DNA of 64,000 nt from Thermofilaceae archaeon (GTDB lineage: Archaea > Thermoproteota > Thermoprotei > Thermofilales > Thermofilaceae). Made by a program: the position numbers and the translations under genes. Below, piece by piece: positions 19,570 to 29,070 of this stretch. The DNA is taken from contig JAWCCZ010000001.1 of NCBI GenBank assembly GCA_038861545.1, positions 320,001 to 384,000 of the forward strand, written 5' to 3'. The notes beneath the pieces are model-generated. The model was not told where the DNA came from and made no database searches. It saw nothing but the letters and a program-made list of their open reading frames with translations. How positions within the stretch are numbered: position 1 is the stretch's first letter; each line of letters starts with the position of its first letter.

Positions 19570-20625
19570 ATGCGACTATTACTCACGCTATCGTTCGCTA
19601 CATCCTTGCTTCAGGCCTTAACCATGCCCACGCTAGCTCTTTATGCATACTCGCTTGGTTTCAGTGAAGCTGAGGTCGGAGCTATTGCTGGAGTTTCTTC
19701 ACTAGTGTACGTTGCGGCTACGTTTTCTGCAGCCCCTCTGGTTCGCAAGCTTAGCACGCGGGGAGCGGTCACTGTAGCTCTGCTTTCCCTTTGCATTGGT
19801 TATCTATCGCATCCAATGTCGAGAAATTTCCTTAACCTTTTAGCGGCAGCTAGTGTAGTTTTTGCCGGTTTTGGGCTTTTATGGCCCAGCATAGAAGTCG
19901 CTGTGGCTGCAAGCGGTGGGAACGCGTCTAACTTCTCATTTTCGTGGAGTAGCGGTAGCTTAGTTGGGACAGCGTTAGTCTCACCTTTCGCCGAGCTTGG
20001 AGCTCTGAGGTTATACGTAATCTACGCCGTTCTCTCTTCATCCCTTTTATTAGGAGTGAAGCGTTTTCCCCTAGGGGAAGGCAAATATGGCTACGGCGCC
20101 TCAAAGCCTGCATTGGAGCTCTTGGGCGCATGGCTGCTATGTGTAAGCTACGCCTCCTCCTCTGCAGGTTTCTTAACCTTCTACCCGGTGCTGGTGGAGA
20201 GGAACGGGCTTCCTCGAAGCAATATCTCGCTGATACTCTTTTCTATGATCGCGGCTAGAACTGCGGGCTTTTACTTTTACGAGCGTTTCCCATCGATAGT
20301 TAAGTCTGCACATGCAAGCATGCCGCTTCTGTTAACACCCTTAGCTGTACCCTTATCCGATAGCTCACTATTCCACGTTGTTGTAGCAGTTCTCGCCGGT
20401 GTTGGGCAGAGTCTCGTGTACTCCTCAGCTCTTACAACGATTTTCAAGGCAGGTGGGGTAGCTTCTCACACCGCCGCTTTCGAAGCTTCAATAGGGTTAG
20501 GCTACGTTGTAGGTCCAATCGTGGGAGGCGTCAGTGGAGTGGCAGGGCTGGAGCCTATACCGGCCACGGCGTTGCTGGCTTCCGTACTAGCTGTAGCAGC
20601 TGGCTTGAGGGAGACGGCGAAATAA
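19570..20625 (+). CDS. MFS transporter
   Basis: About 12 TM helices, GYVVGPIVGG; start at ATG 19570. Confidence 0.75.
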   Translation: MRLLLTLSFATSLLQALTMPTLALYAYSLGFSEAEVGAIAGVSSLVYVAATFSAAPLVRKLSTRGAVTVALLSLCIGYLSHPMSRNFLNLLAAASVVFAGFGLLWPSIEVAVAASGGNASNFSFSWSSGSLVGTALVSPFAELGALRLYVIYAVLSSSLLLGVKRFPLGEGKYGYGASKPALELLGAWLLCVSYASSSAGFLTFYPVLVERNGLPRSNISLILFSMIAARTAGFYFYERFPSIVKSAHASMPLLLTPLAVPLSDSSLFHVVVAVLAGVGQSLVYSSALTTIFKAGGVASHTAAFEASIGLGYVVGPIVGGVSGVAGLEPIPATALLASVLAVAAGLRETAK

Positions 20626-20651
20626 TTCGAGAAAACAAGCATACATCGATC

Positions 20652-21158
20652 CTACCTCTTCCACTGCTTCATGAGCCCGATAATAAAAAGCACTAAAGCG
20701 GCGAGCAGTGAATACTCGACTTGAATGTAGGACCGTAAGGTAAAGTAAAGCATGCCAGCCCCCAACAAAGCGAAACCCAGAGCCAGGAGTTTCTCCATTA
20801 ACGTGTGAACCACAGTTGTGAAAGCTGCGCTAGTGAGCACGAGGACTTCCCAGTTGCTTGAAATAAATCCTAACTCAAGGGCAAGGTCGGATAACCATAA
20901 TCCAGCGAGTAGTGCTGCCACTAGCTTAAATGCAGAGAACCCCGTAGCAAAACCCGCAGCGAAACCCAGCAGGAAGAGGCCCAGCGAACCTATAGAAGCT
21001 TTCACTAGAGAGCCACTGTGGATGGCCAGCGCGTACCCCAAAGCTAGCCCAAAGGTTATAGATGCAGTGATTCTAGCGAATTTCGCGCCCCATAAAGCTA
21101 TGATGATACCCGCCATACCTAGGAATATTGATCCAATGAATCCTAGCTCGAAATTCAT
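20652..21158 (-). CDS. Small polytopic membrane protein (DUF4203-like)
   Basis: Gly-rich hydrophobic helices along the whole length. Confidence 0.6.
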   Translation of the reverse strand: MNFELGFIGSIFLGMAGIIIALWGAKFARITASITFGLALGYALAIHSGSLVKASIGSLGLFLLGFAAGFATGFSAFKLVAALLAGLWLSDLALELGFISSNWEVLVLTSAAFTTVVHTLMEKLLALGFALLGAGMLYFTLRSYIQVEYSLLAALVLFIIGLMKQWKR

Positions 21159-21250
21159 GCTACTGCAGCTCTTTAAGGGTTATAAAAAACGTGTTTAGCG
21201 TCCTATGAACGAGCCTCCTAAACCTTTAAATCTTAAGGTGAATTTCCCCT

Positions 21251-21478
21251 ATGCCTGGCTCTGAAAGGTTTTTTATAGAACGCAGGGACCCACAGGGTTT
21301 TTACATAGTAATCGCTAAAAAGGAGGCACTAGATACCCTAGCAGAGTTCGAAGGAGTGATAGTCGAGGAAATTGGAGATGCTGTAGCTTTGAAAACAAAG
21401 TCGCGTAGAACAGCCTTCAAACTCAGCATTTTCCTTTCCTCTAAAGGGCTTTTAGTTAAGTCCTCGAGGTCGAAGTAA
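21251..21478 (+). CDS. Small hypothetical protein
   Basis: ATG downstream of a TATA-like CTTTAAAT; fills the intergenic gap; protein-like composition. Confidence 0.65.
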   Translation: MPGSERFFIERRDPQGFYIVIAKKEALDTLAEFEGVIVEEIGDAVALKTKSRRTAFKLSIFLSSKGLLVKSSRSK

Positions 21479-21548
21479 AGCTTTTGAATAAGGTACACAC
21501 GCTGTGTGAATACTTTATATATTGTGGATAAGAGCTGTAGGAGGACAT

Positions 21549-22970
21549 ATGGTGAAATTTGAAATCTTAACACGGGATGAAATTGATCTAATTCATGAAT
21601 CAACCGTGAATGTTTTAGAGCGGGTTGGAGTCAAGGTTTTCGAGCCCGGTGCGCTAAAGCTGCTGGGGGAAGCTGGCGCAGAAGTTAACCAGAAGGAGAT
21701 GAAGGCTAAGATTCCAGAAGAGTTGCTTAAGGAATGCTTGAAGAAAGCGCCTAGGAGGTTTTCACTGTACAGTAGGAAAAGTGGCTATAAACTGGATCTA
21801 GAGGATGGGCGTACGTATTTTTCGACTCAGGGAACAGCGGTTTTCATTATCGATGCAATAACTGGAGAAAGGCGCCCTTCTACCTTGAAGGACGTGGAAA
21901 AATTTTACAAACTCGCTGATGCTTTACCAAACGTACATCACGCTACGCTAGTCGTACACCCAACTGATATACCGGAGCACGTTGCTCACGCGTACGCTCT
22001 CAGCATTGCTTTCAGAAATACAACGAAGACCGTAGACGCGTACGTAAGCGATAAACGAACAGCACTGGATACAGTGAAAATAGCTTCAGTAGTTTCTGGC
22101 GACAAAGAGAAACTGAGCAGGGAGCCTCTACTGCTGATGTTCTACAACCCGGTAAGCCCACTTCAGCATTCTAAAGGGTTGCTGGAAGCGCTGCAGGTTT
22201 TCGCTCAGTACCGTCAGCCCGTGATCATTGCACCCGAATGCCTATCGGGGGCCACCGCTCCGGTTACACTGGCTGGGCTATTAGTTCAGCAGAACGCCGA
22301 GGTCTTAAGCGGTATCGTCATCGCTGAGCTTTATCGTCCAGGAGCACCAGTACTCTACGGAACTGTTTCGACGGTTATGGACATGAGAACGGGCAATATC
22401 GCTCTTGGTGCTATTGAAGGTGGGCTGATTAACACGGCTACAGCTCAGCTAGCGAGGTTTTACGGTATCCCCTGCAGGGGCTACGGGGGTACTACTGAAG
22501 CTAAAGCGGCGAATATTCAAGCTGGTTTTGAAAAAGCTTTTACGCTCCTTATGGCTGCGATGTCGGGCGTAAACTTCATTTACGACGCTGTAGGCTCTCT
22601 AGATTCAACGCTGGCAGCCAGCTACGAGCAAGCGGTCATCGACGACGAGCTATGCGGTATCGTATCCAGAGCTTTGAACGGCATCAGCGTCGATGAGGAG
22701 ACACTAGCTGTTGAAGTAATCGAGAAAGTTGGTTCCGAGGGAAATTACCTGCGCGAATTGCATACCGTGCAGAATCTGCGTAAAGAGCATTACATCCCCG
22801 CTTTACTGTTCAGGCAGAAATGGGGGGCTTGGGCTGCTTCAAAGGACATCTTAAATCAAGCTAGAGAGAAAGCCGAGAGAATTCTCCGGGAGCATCAACC
22901 CGAATCCCTTGACCGGGACGTTGAAGCGGAGCTTATGTCAACTGTGAAAGAGATCGTAAAAACCGCGTAG
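21549..22970 (+). CDS. MttB-superfamily (trimethylamine methyltransferase-like) protein, non-pyrrolysine
   Basis: GATAPVTLAGLLVQQNAEVLSG, PGAPVLYG, DMRTG, QLARFYGIP, QAGFEK; SD GGAGGA before ATG 21549; no in-frame TAG. Confidence 0.92.
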   Translation: MVKFEILTRDEIDLIHESTVNVLERVGVKVFEPGALKLLGEAGAEVNQKEMKAKIPEELLKECLKKAPRRFSLYSRKSGYKLDLEDGRTYFSTQGTAVFIIDAITGERRPSTLKDVEKFYKLADALPNVHHATLVVHPTDIPEHVAHAYALSIAFRNTTKTVDAYVSDKRTALDTVKIASVVSGDKEKLSREPLLLMFYNPVSPLQHSKGLLEALQVFAQYRQPVIIAPECLSGATAPVTLAGLLVQQNAEVLSGIVIAELYRPGAPVLYGTVSTVMDMRTGNIALGAIEGGLINTATAQLARFYGIPCRGYGGTTEAKAANIQAGFEKAFTLLMAAMSGVNFIYDAVGSLDSTLAASYEQAVIDDELCGIVSRALNGISVDEETLAVEVIEKVGSEGNYLRELHTVQNLRKEHYIPALLFRQKWGAWAASKDILNQAREKAERILREHQPESLDRDVEAELMSTVKEIVKTA

Positions 22971-23080
22971 GGTGGTTTTCATAACCGGTACAGGCTTACT
23001 CAGAGTTTATACCTCTGAAAGTTTATTTATATAATAGCTTACTCGGATAAAAATTTTTAATTAAAAGTCTCGGTTCAGTG

Positions 23081-23115
23081 AAAAAAGTATATAAGCGGGG
23101 AGGGGTATTACCCCT
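23081..23115 (+). promoter_or_regulatory. BRE/TATA promoter followed by a palindromic operator
   Basis: AAAAAAGTATATAAG (23081-23095), then perfect AGGGGTA-T-TACCCCT (23101-23115) ending 7 nt before the start codon. Confidence 0.65.
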
Positions 23116-23122
23116 GTGACAG

Positions 23123-24760
23123 GTGGGTATAAAAAACTCGGATGAGGACTCGCATACCGTAGCTAGAAGCGGCGTTTTCCTGAGAGAAGCTACAGGCCTT
23201 GTGAGAGAGGCTAACTGGGCTGATATCCTGATCTTCGCCTCTCTGAACATCAGTTGGGGGTTAAGCGCGTGGTGGTACTTCCTATGGGGTCCCTACTTTG
23301 CTCCCGGAGGCAACCTTCATCTAGGCATTTTGCTTGTGCTTGTCCCGATGCTTTTCGGAGCGCTCGCTTGGGCTTTCCTAGTAACGATAGCTCCAAGAAG
23401 CGGAGGAGAGTACGTATTCGTCAGCAGGATCTTGCATCCGCTTTTAGGTTTCCTCTCCAGCTTTGGGTGGATTATAGCCAACTTCGTGTGGATTGCCGTG
23501 CTTTCGGCGTACGTAGCTGACCCAGCTCTTTCCATCACTTTTTCACTAGTCGGCTGGAGCGGGGCAGCGGAGTTTGTTTCCTCGCAGGTTGGAATATTTG
23601 TTGTCGGCGCGGCGGTCATAGCAGTATCCGCGATCGTAGCTATACTCGGCTTCAAAGCGTTCCGCGTTTTTCAAGCGGTTTGCTTTACGCTGGGTTTAAC
23701 TATGTTTGCCCTAGTTTGGTTCTTTCTGCTAACTGCAACGCGAGAGAACTTTATAGTGGCTTGGAACAGCATAAGCTCTCTATACGGCTCTGCCGACTAC
23801 CACACTATTGTAGCTGAGTCCCTGAACTACATAAGAAGCACGTACGGGATCGAGACGGAATACTCATGGGACCTGGCTAAAGCTATGCCCCTTATGCCGG
23901 TTGCAGCATGGGGCCTTATCTACCCCTATCTCGCCGCATACATTGCAGGCGAGACTCGGGATGTCCAGAAAAGCATGACCCTAGGCTTACCCGGAGGCCT
24001 AGTGCTCTGCGCGCTATCGTGGTGGATAACTGGCGCACTCCTGGAAAGGGTCGTGGGTTACGAGTTTCTGCTTGCAACGGCCTATGCCTACGGGGATGGC
24101 TTAGAGCTCTACACGCTGCCGTTTCCGCCCTCCTTCCATACTTTCGCTGGGATCCTAGCCCCTACCTGGGCTCGATGGCTTATAGGAATCGGTTTCGTAG
24201 CATGGACGTTCTATTACGCGCTCTACTCGATCATGCCGATGAGCAGGATTTTCCTCGTATGGGCTTTCGATAGGCTTGCACCCGAATTCCTTGGCGATGT
24301 CAGCGATCGTTTTCATGCACCAGTAAAGTCCATAATGCTTGTTTCAATACTGGGTTTCGCCGCCCTAGCCTTCTACGCCTGGAATCCTACGTACCTGGCT
24401 AGTTTCACAGCTATGATACCTCAAATCTCCACTACGTTCATGTTTACCGCAATTTCAGCTATAGTGGTGCCTTTCAGAGCTAGGATGAAACCTGTTTACG
24501 AAGGCGCCCCCGTTTCAAAATATAAAATAGGCCGTTTACCCTTTATCACGGTGTGCGGAGTAATTTACGCTGCGCTACTCGCTGCTCTGCTTTACTACTA
24601 CTTCACGATAGAGGGTCTAGGCGCGCTTCACATACCATCGATAATGGCGCTTCTAACCGCTTACCTTGTCGGAATAATATACTTTTACGCCGTAAAGTGG
24701 TATAGGAGAAGACAGGGCATCGATATAGATGTAGCATTTAGGGAGCTCCCGCCCGAGTAA
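23123..24760 (+). CDS. APC-superfamily amino acid/polyamine permease
   Basis: FLREATGLVRE, PRSGGEYVFVSR, AGET, RIFLVWAFDRLAP; 12 or more TM helices. Confidence 0.92.
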   Translation: MGIKNSDEDSHTVARSGVFLREATGLVREANWADILIFASLNISWGLSAWWYFLWGPYFAPGGNLHLGILLVLVPMLFGALAWAFLVTIAPRSGGEYVFVSRILHPLLGFLSSFGWIIANFVWIAVLSAYVADPALSITFSLVGWSGAAEFVSSQVGIFVVGAAVIAVSAIVAILGFKAFRVFQAVCFTLGLTMFALVWFFLLTATRENFIVAWNSISSLYGSADYHTIVAESLNYIRSTYGIETEYSWDLAKAMPLMPVAAWGLIYPYLAAYIAGETRDVQKSMTLGLPGGLVLCALSWWITGALLERVVGYEFLLATAYAYGDGLELYTLPFPPSFHTFAGILAPTWARWLIGIGFVAWTFYYALYSIMPMSRIFLVWAFDRLAPEFLGDVSDRFHAPVKSIMLVSILGFAALAFYAWNPTYLASFTAMIPQISTTFMFTAISAIVVPFRARMKPVYEGAPVSKYKIGRLPFITVCGVIYAALLAALLYYYFTIEGLGALHIPSIMALLTAYLVGIIYFYAVKWYRRRQGIDIDVAFRELPPE

Positions 24761-24770
24761 GCCGAGTAAG

Positions 24771-25728
24771 GTGGGTTAAAACGCGGATACGAATTTTTTA
24801 CGCTTCAGATATTCACGGAAGCGAGGTATGCTTTAGGAAATTCATAAACGCGGCCAAAGCGTATAAAGTCGATGTTTTAATCTTAGGTGGTGACATAACA
24901 GGTAAAGTCTTAGTCCCTATAATTGAAAAAGGCGGCAAATACTTTGCCGAGCTCGGAGGAAAGAAGTGGGAAGCGGCAAGCCAGGCCGAGCTGAATACGC
25001 TGATTAGGTCTATCAGAGACAGTGGTTTTTATACTGTAGTTTTAACTGAGGATGAATTCTTGAAGATTAAAGATAATCCCCAGCTAGTGGACAACCTCTT
25101 TAACGAAATAATGGTTAAAACTGTATCCAGCTGGATTAAATTAGCCGATGAGCGGCTCGATGGAAGCAACATAGAATGCTATTTGATGCCAGGTAACGAC
25201 GACAGAGTAACAATAGACGACGCCTTTAAATGTTCCGCCAGGGTAGTAAATCCTGATTGTAAGGTATTGGAAATTAAGGGAGGGTTGAAGCTGGTAAGCC
25301 TTGGCTTATCGAATCCAACGCCATGGCGGACTTCGAGAGAGTACCCCGAGGAAGTGATTTACGAAAAGCTTAACAGGCTTATAAGGTCCGCCGAGGACCC
25401 TGATATTACTCTGTTAAACGTTCATGTTCCACCCTACGGAACACCCATAGATTTAGCCCCTCTACTCGACCACACGCTACGGCCCGTAACTAGAGGCGGG
25501 CAGGCAGAGATGGTGCACGTCGGCAGCATCTCGGTAAGAAAAATCATCGAAGAATTCCAGCCGCTTACTAGCTTACATGGACATATCCACGAATCGCGAG
25601 GGGTTATAAGAATTGGTAAAACCCAATGCTTTAATCCTGGCAGCGACTATAGCTCGGGTGCCCTAAGAGGGGTTTTACTAGAAGTTGAGCGTGGGAAAGT
25701 AAAAAATTATATGTTCACGTATGGGTGA
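24771..25728 (+). CDS. Calcineurin-like (Icc-related) metallophosphoesterase; 5' end extended beyond the supplied ORF
   Basis: The frame of ORF 25060 stays open upstream and encodes RIFYASDIHGS and LGGDITGK; GNDD, HVPP and LHGHIHES follow. Likely start is GTG 24771 with one extra G in GTGGGTT. Confidence 0.88.
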
Positions 25729-26792
25729 CGAGGTTGGATAAAGTAAAGCTCTACGAAGGGAGGGATGGAACACCTTATGAAGTAGCTCTTCCGCTTACGT
25801 CGACGCTAGATTTATCCATAGCTGTCAGCGACCTGGGCTTACCCGGCTACATAGACTTAGCCAATCCAGCTGTGCGAAGGGCTATTGCAGCACTATGGGC
25901 TGCGCAACGAGCTCCGGTTTTAGACCTTAAAATCGGTGATAAACAGCCGAAGAAGGCGCTTAGTCCTCTCCTTTTTGGAGGTGTAGCTGTAAAGCTGCAC
26001 TGCCCTTCGGCTAACAAGCCTAACCACCCGCTGAACAGGTGCGTAAAAGACATAGATTTCGCTGTACCTAAGTCTCAAGGAGCATTATTCGCAAAGCTTT
26101 TAACCAGCTTAAGCGGAGCTTTCGGATCCTACTACACGTTTTTTATAACGCCGAGCGATAAAATGTTTAACGCATTGAGAGGCGGAAGAAGGTATCGAGT
26201 TAGATCCATCTACGAAACCCTCGAAAACGGAATAGGCATTAACATAATCGACGTTTTCTGCGATGAATTACCCTTCAGGCATACGATTAAGCTTAGAAAA
26301 GACTTATTCGAACTATCTAGGGCTAACGTATACACGATTGGTCTCGAAAGCCTTCTACTTTCTAAATGTCAGTTCATCTTCGGCTTACCGCACGAAAGGA
26401 TAACTGAGCTAGAGGTAGCCGGTCAAAGCTTCAGGTTGCTGCCCTACAAGCACTTAAGGGGGTTAGTAGCCGTAGGCATGGAACTGAAGGATGTAAAAGA
26501 CGTGGCGGCACTACTGCTAGACCACGAGATAGGGGAAGGGCCTGATCAGATAAACCTAAAAGCGGTAAAGCGGGTCTTGGAGAAAGATAAGGGTTTCGCA
26601 CTCACCGTAGAGTTAAACCTCAGGAACCTAGTAGATAGGATAGATATTCTAGTCCATGAAGGGCTCAGTAAATCTGAAGTCGGTAAAATCACCGATACGG
26701 CTAACGAACTATTGAAAACGCTACCCACAATCGATAAGCAATGGGATAAACCTTGGTGGAACCTTTATGTTGAGACACCTAAGGTAACGTAG
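25725..26792 (+). CDS. Pol-beta-superfamily nucleotidyltransferase (AbiEii/MenT-like motifs)
   Basis: LFGGVAV, KDIDF, IDVF, LLLSK, KDVKD; GTGA overlap with the upstream gene. Confidence 0.72.
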   Translation: MTRLDKVKLYEGRDGTPYEVALPLTSTLDLSIAVSDLGLPGYIDLANPAVRRAIAALWAAQRAPVLDLKIGDKQPKKALSPLLFGGVAVKLHCPSANKPNHPLNRCVKDIDFAVPKSQGALFAKLLTSLSGAFGSYYTFFITPSDKMFNALRGGRRYRVRSIYETLENGIGINIIDVFCDELPFRHTIKLRKDLFELSRANVYTIGLESLLLSKCQFIFGLPHERITELEVAGQSFRLLPYKHLRGLVAVGMELKDVKDVAALLLDHEIGEGPDQINLKAVKRVLEKDKGFALTVELNLRNLVDRIDILVHEGLSKSEVGKITDTANELLKTLPTIDKQWDKPWWNLYVETPKVT

Positions 26793-26928
26793 CCACTTGA
26801 AATTAAGAAAATATTCTTTAGGTTATTATTAAATGCTTAATCAGTATCTTCGGCTATAGGGTGAAGCTCCATGCTTGTGACTGCTGGATAAATTGACTCA
26901 GCATCACTGGGTGCAACTCCACAGCCAG

Positions 26929-27360
26929 TTAGGCTTGCGGCTCTATATATATTCTCTCAAGGCAACCATCGCTATAGGGTCTTATGTGGTTATAGTCTCT
27001 TTCAAACACAAGCCTACCATCAATCCGTTTGAGCACATACCTGCACACGTTTTCGGATACGAGTCTGCACACGTACCTCGTATCCATCTTGAGGGCTTGC
27101 GTAAGCCGTAGTATTGGGCACGGGTTCCGCGAAATAGTAATAAGCTCTGAGTCGTTAAGCTTGATAATCTCAACGTATTCAGGTTTCAGCACTAGGAAGT
27201 CTATGTAGAAGAGTTTGTAAAGGTCACGCAGAGATTCAATCTTCCTCGGCTTCAAAAGCCACAGAAACCCGTATAGGTAGAACACAGCTAAACCGATCAG
27301 TAGCGGAATATGTTTTACTAACCATGAGAACCTTGCTCCAAACTCTGAGACACCGCACAC
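26929..27360 (-). CDS. Hypothetical protein with a Cys-containing V4R/ATC-hydrolase-like domain
   Basis: RNPCP...VC...RPYSDGCLE pattern after an N-terminal hydrophobic helix. Confidence 0.55.
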   Translation of the reverse strand: MCGVSEFGARFSWLVKHIPLLIGLAVFYLYGFLWLLKPRKIESLRDLYKLFYIDFLVLKPEYVEIIKLNDSELITISRNPCPILRLTQALKMDTRYVCRLVSENVCRYVLKRIDGRLVFERDYNHIRPYSDGCLERIYIEPQA

Positions 27361-27839
27361 ATAATACCCAAACTGAGAAGCTTTAATGCATTATGTAGCA
27401 ACCAAGAGCGAAGCGCACGCTCACGCAGTCACAGGACATGAGTACAAAACAATACGAATTCTTTGCTGAACTCTCTTATCAGCTTTAATCTCATAATGAT
27501 GAGACTGACCCTTGTAACTCATTTTACTTAAACCTAGAAAGCTAGCCCATAAGTTCTATTCATCAATTGAAAGGGGAATGACAGTTATTTCATCCCAGTT
27601 TCCTTAACATGTAGGCTTTTCAAGTAAAAGATATTTATCCCAAGAAACTAATATTTATTCCTTCTAAGTTTGCGAACTAGTTTCTCAGGCTGAAATCAGA
27701 TTCACTAAAACTCATTAGTCAATTGAAACCATAGGAGCCGTGCCGAAGAAGATCGCCACTATGGCAACCGTGTAGATCCGCTTAGCTTAGACGGGCTTGA
27801 ACCAAAAAGTTTAAACAGTGCGCAATTATTACTATAATA

Positions 27840-28160
27840 ATGTACCTTAAGACAGCGGTACTTCTCATTATCGGCTGGCTGGTGTCAGGATTCGCTGTAT
27901 GGTTAGCCCTAAAAGTGTTTCCTGGCAAGCAGAAACGTGAAAGTTTCTGTGGAGCCCTGTTAACAGCGCTGATCGGCGCGATTATATTTGGAGCGTTCGC
28001 AGTCGTCGGGATCCCCCTGGGAACATTTATTGCGCTCATCCTTTGGCTCTTCGCACTGAAGAAAATTCAGAACGTGGGCTGGCTAGGTGCCGCCCTCTTA
28101 GCGTTTCTGATTTACATTATTAACGCGCTGCTCAACCTTTTTCTGCCCTCAATACTCTAG
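27840..28160 (+). CDS. Small 4-TM membrane protein
   Basis: Hydrophobic ORF with AAAAAGTTTAAA BRE/TATA about 25 nt upstream. Confidence 0.7.
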   Translation: MYLKTAVLLIIGWLVSGFAVWLALKVFPGKQKRESFCGALLTALIGAIIFGAFAVVGIPLGTFIALILWLFALKKIQNVGWLGAALLAFLIYIINALLNLFLPSIL

Positions 28161-29070
28161 CTGTTAAGCCTGACTAAAATCTCGGCCGCGTCGACCTAAC
28201 TATTGGGATAGCGAGCACTGTGAGTAGGAACAAAAGATTCTTGACAAGACTAGAATCATGCTTCTCTAGTACATAGTCGCTCAAGCCAAGAACATGTGGG
28301 CTGCAATAGTGTCAACGCAATGCCAGCAAGCTTAGGAACGACTCCGTAAATTGTATGATGTAGACGAGAGGGTTTAATGAGAAAAACTCATAAAAAATTG
28401 CTTTTGAGTAGTACGCCATAATAGCCATGTTTCTCAACTTGAAAATAGGACAAACGCCGTGAGGGGTAAGCGTTTGATATAATGCGAAGAATAGGTACTG
28501 GCTTTAAGGAGGCAAAAGGAGTTCAAAGGATAGTACCCCATCAACGAGGCGGCTTCTCTTCGAGAAGGAGAAACATGAGGCCTACAGTCCCTCGCTACGT
28601 AAGCGATAACGAGAGTAATCCCATACGCGAGAGCGACGAGTATCTCACAATACGGATGCCGAAGTCAAGCAATAGGACGCTTCAGAGCTATTTCTCGTTT
28701 CTAGATTTACTATTATATTACTCAAAAGTTTCCAATGTAAATAATAATAGAACAATCCTCTATCTATATTAGGAAATAATTTTCCAAGAGAGGGATAGAT
28801 ATTAACCATAATGCGAAGGGGATTTCATAACATTTGACATTTATTCATACCTATGCGATTTGGGGTTCAAAAGATCAGAACACCATCTTCTTCACATGGA
28901 GCGTCAGCACTTAAAGGCTTCTTCACCGATCTGGTAGTACGGCCTACATCATTCAATAGTTATAGATCTACAGTGCTATTTATTCATACCGGCGTTTTGG
29001 GAGAACCGGGTTTGTAATTGACACGCGCGTTCACAGCTGCAAACTTTATTAACATTACTTTCTATTATGA

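Noticed and set aside
21549-22970. Pyrrolysine recoding in the MttB homologue
   Set aside because: The ORF is uninterrupted, with Thr at the equivalent position.
27550-27730. Two TCAATTGAAA(G/C) motifs resembling CRISPR repeat 3' ends
   Set aside because: Only about 10 nt are shared, they are ~155 bp apart with no intermediate repeat, and no cas genes are present.
28482-28772. 96-aa plus-strand ORF
   Set aside because: No motif, atypical composition, runs into an AT-rich tract; probably spurious.
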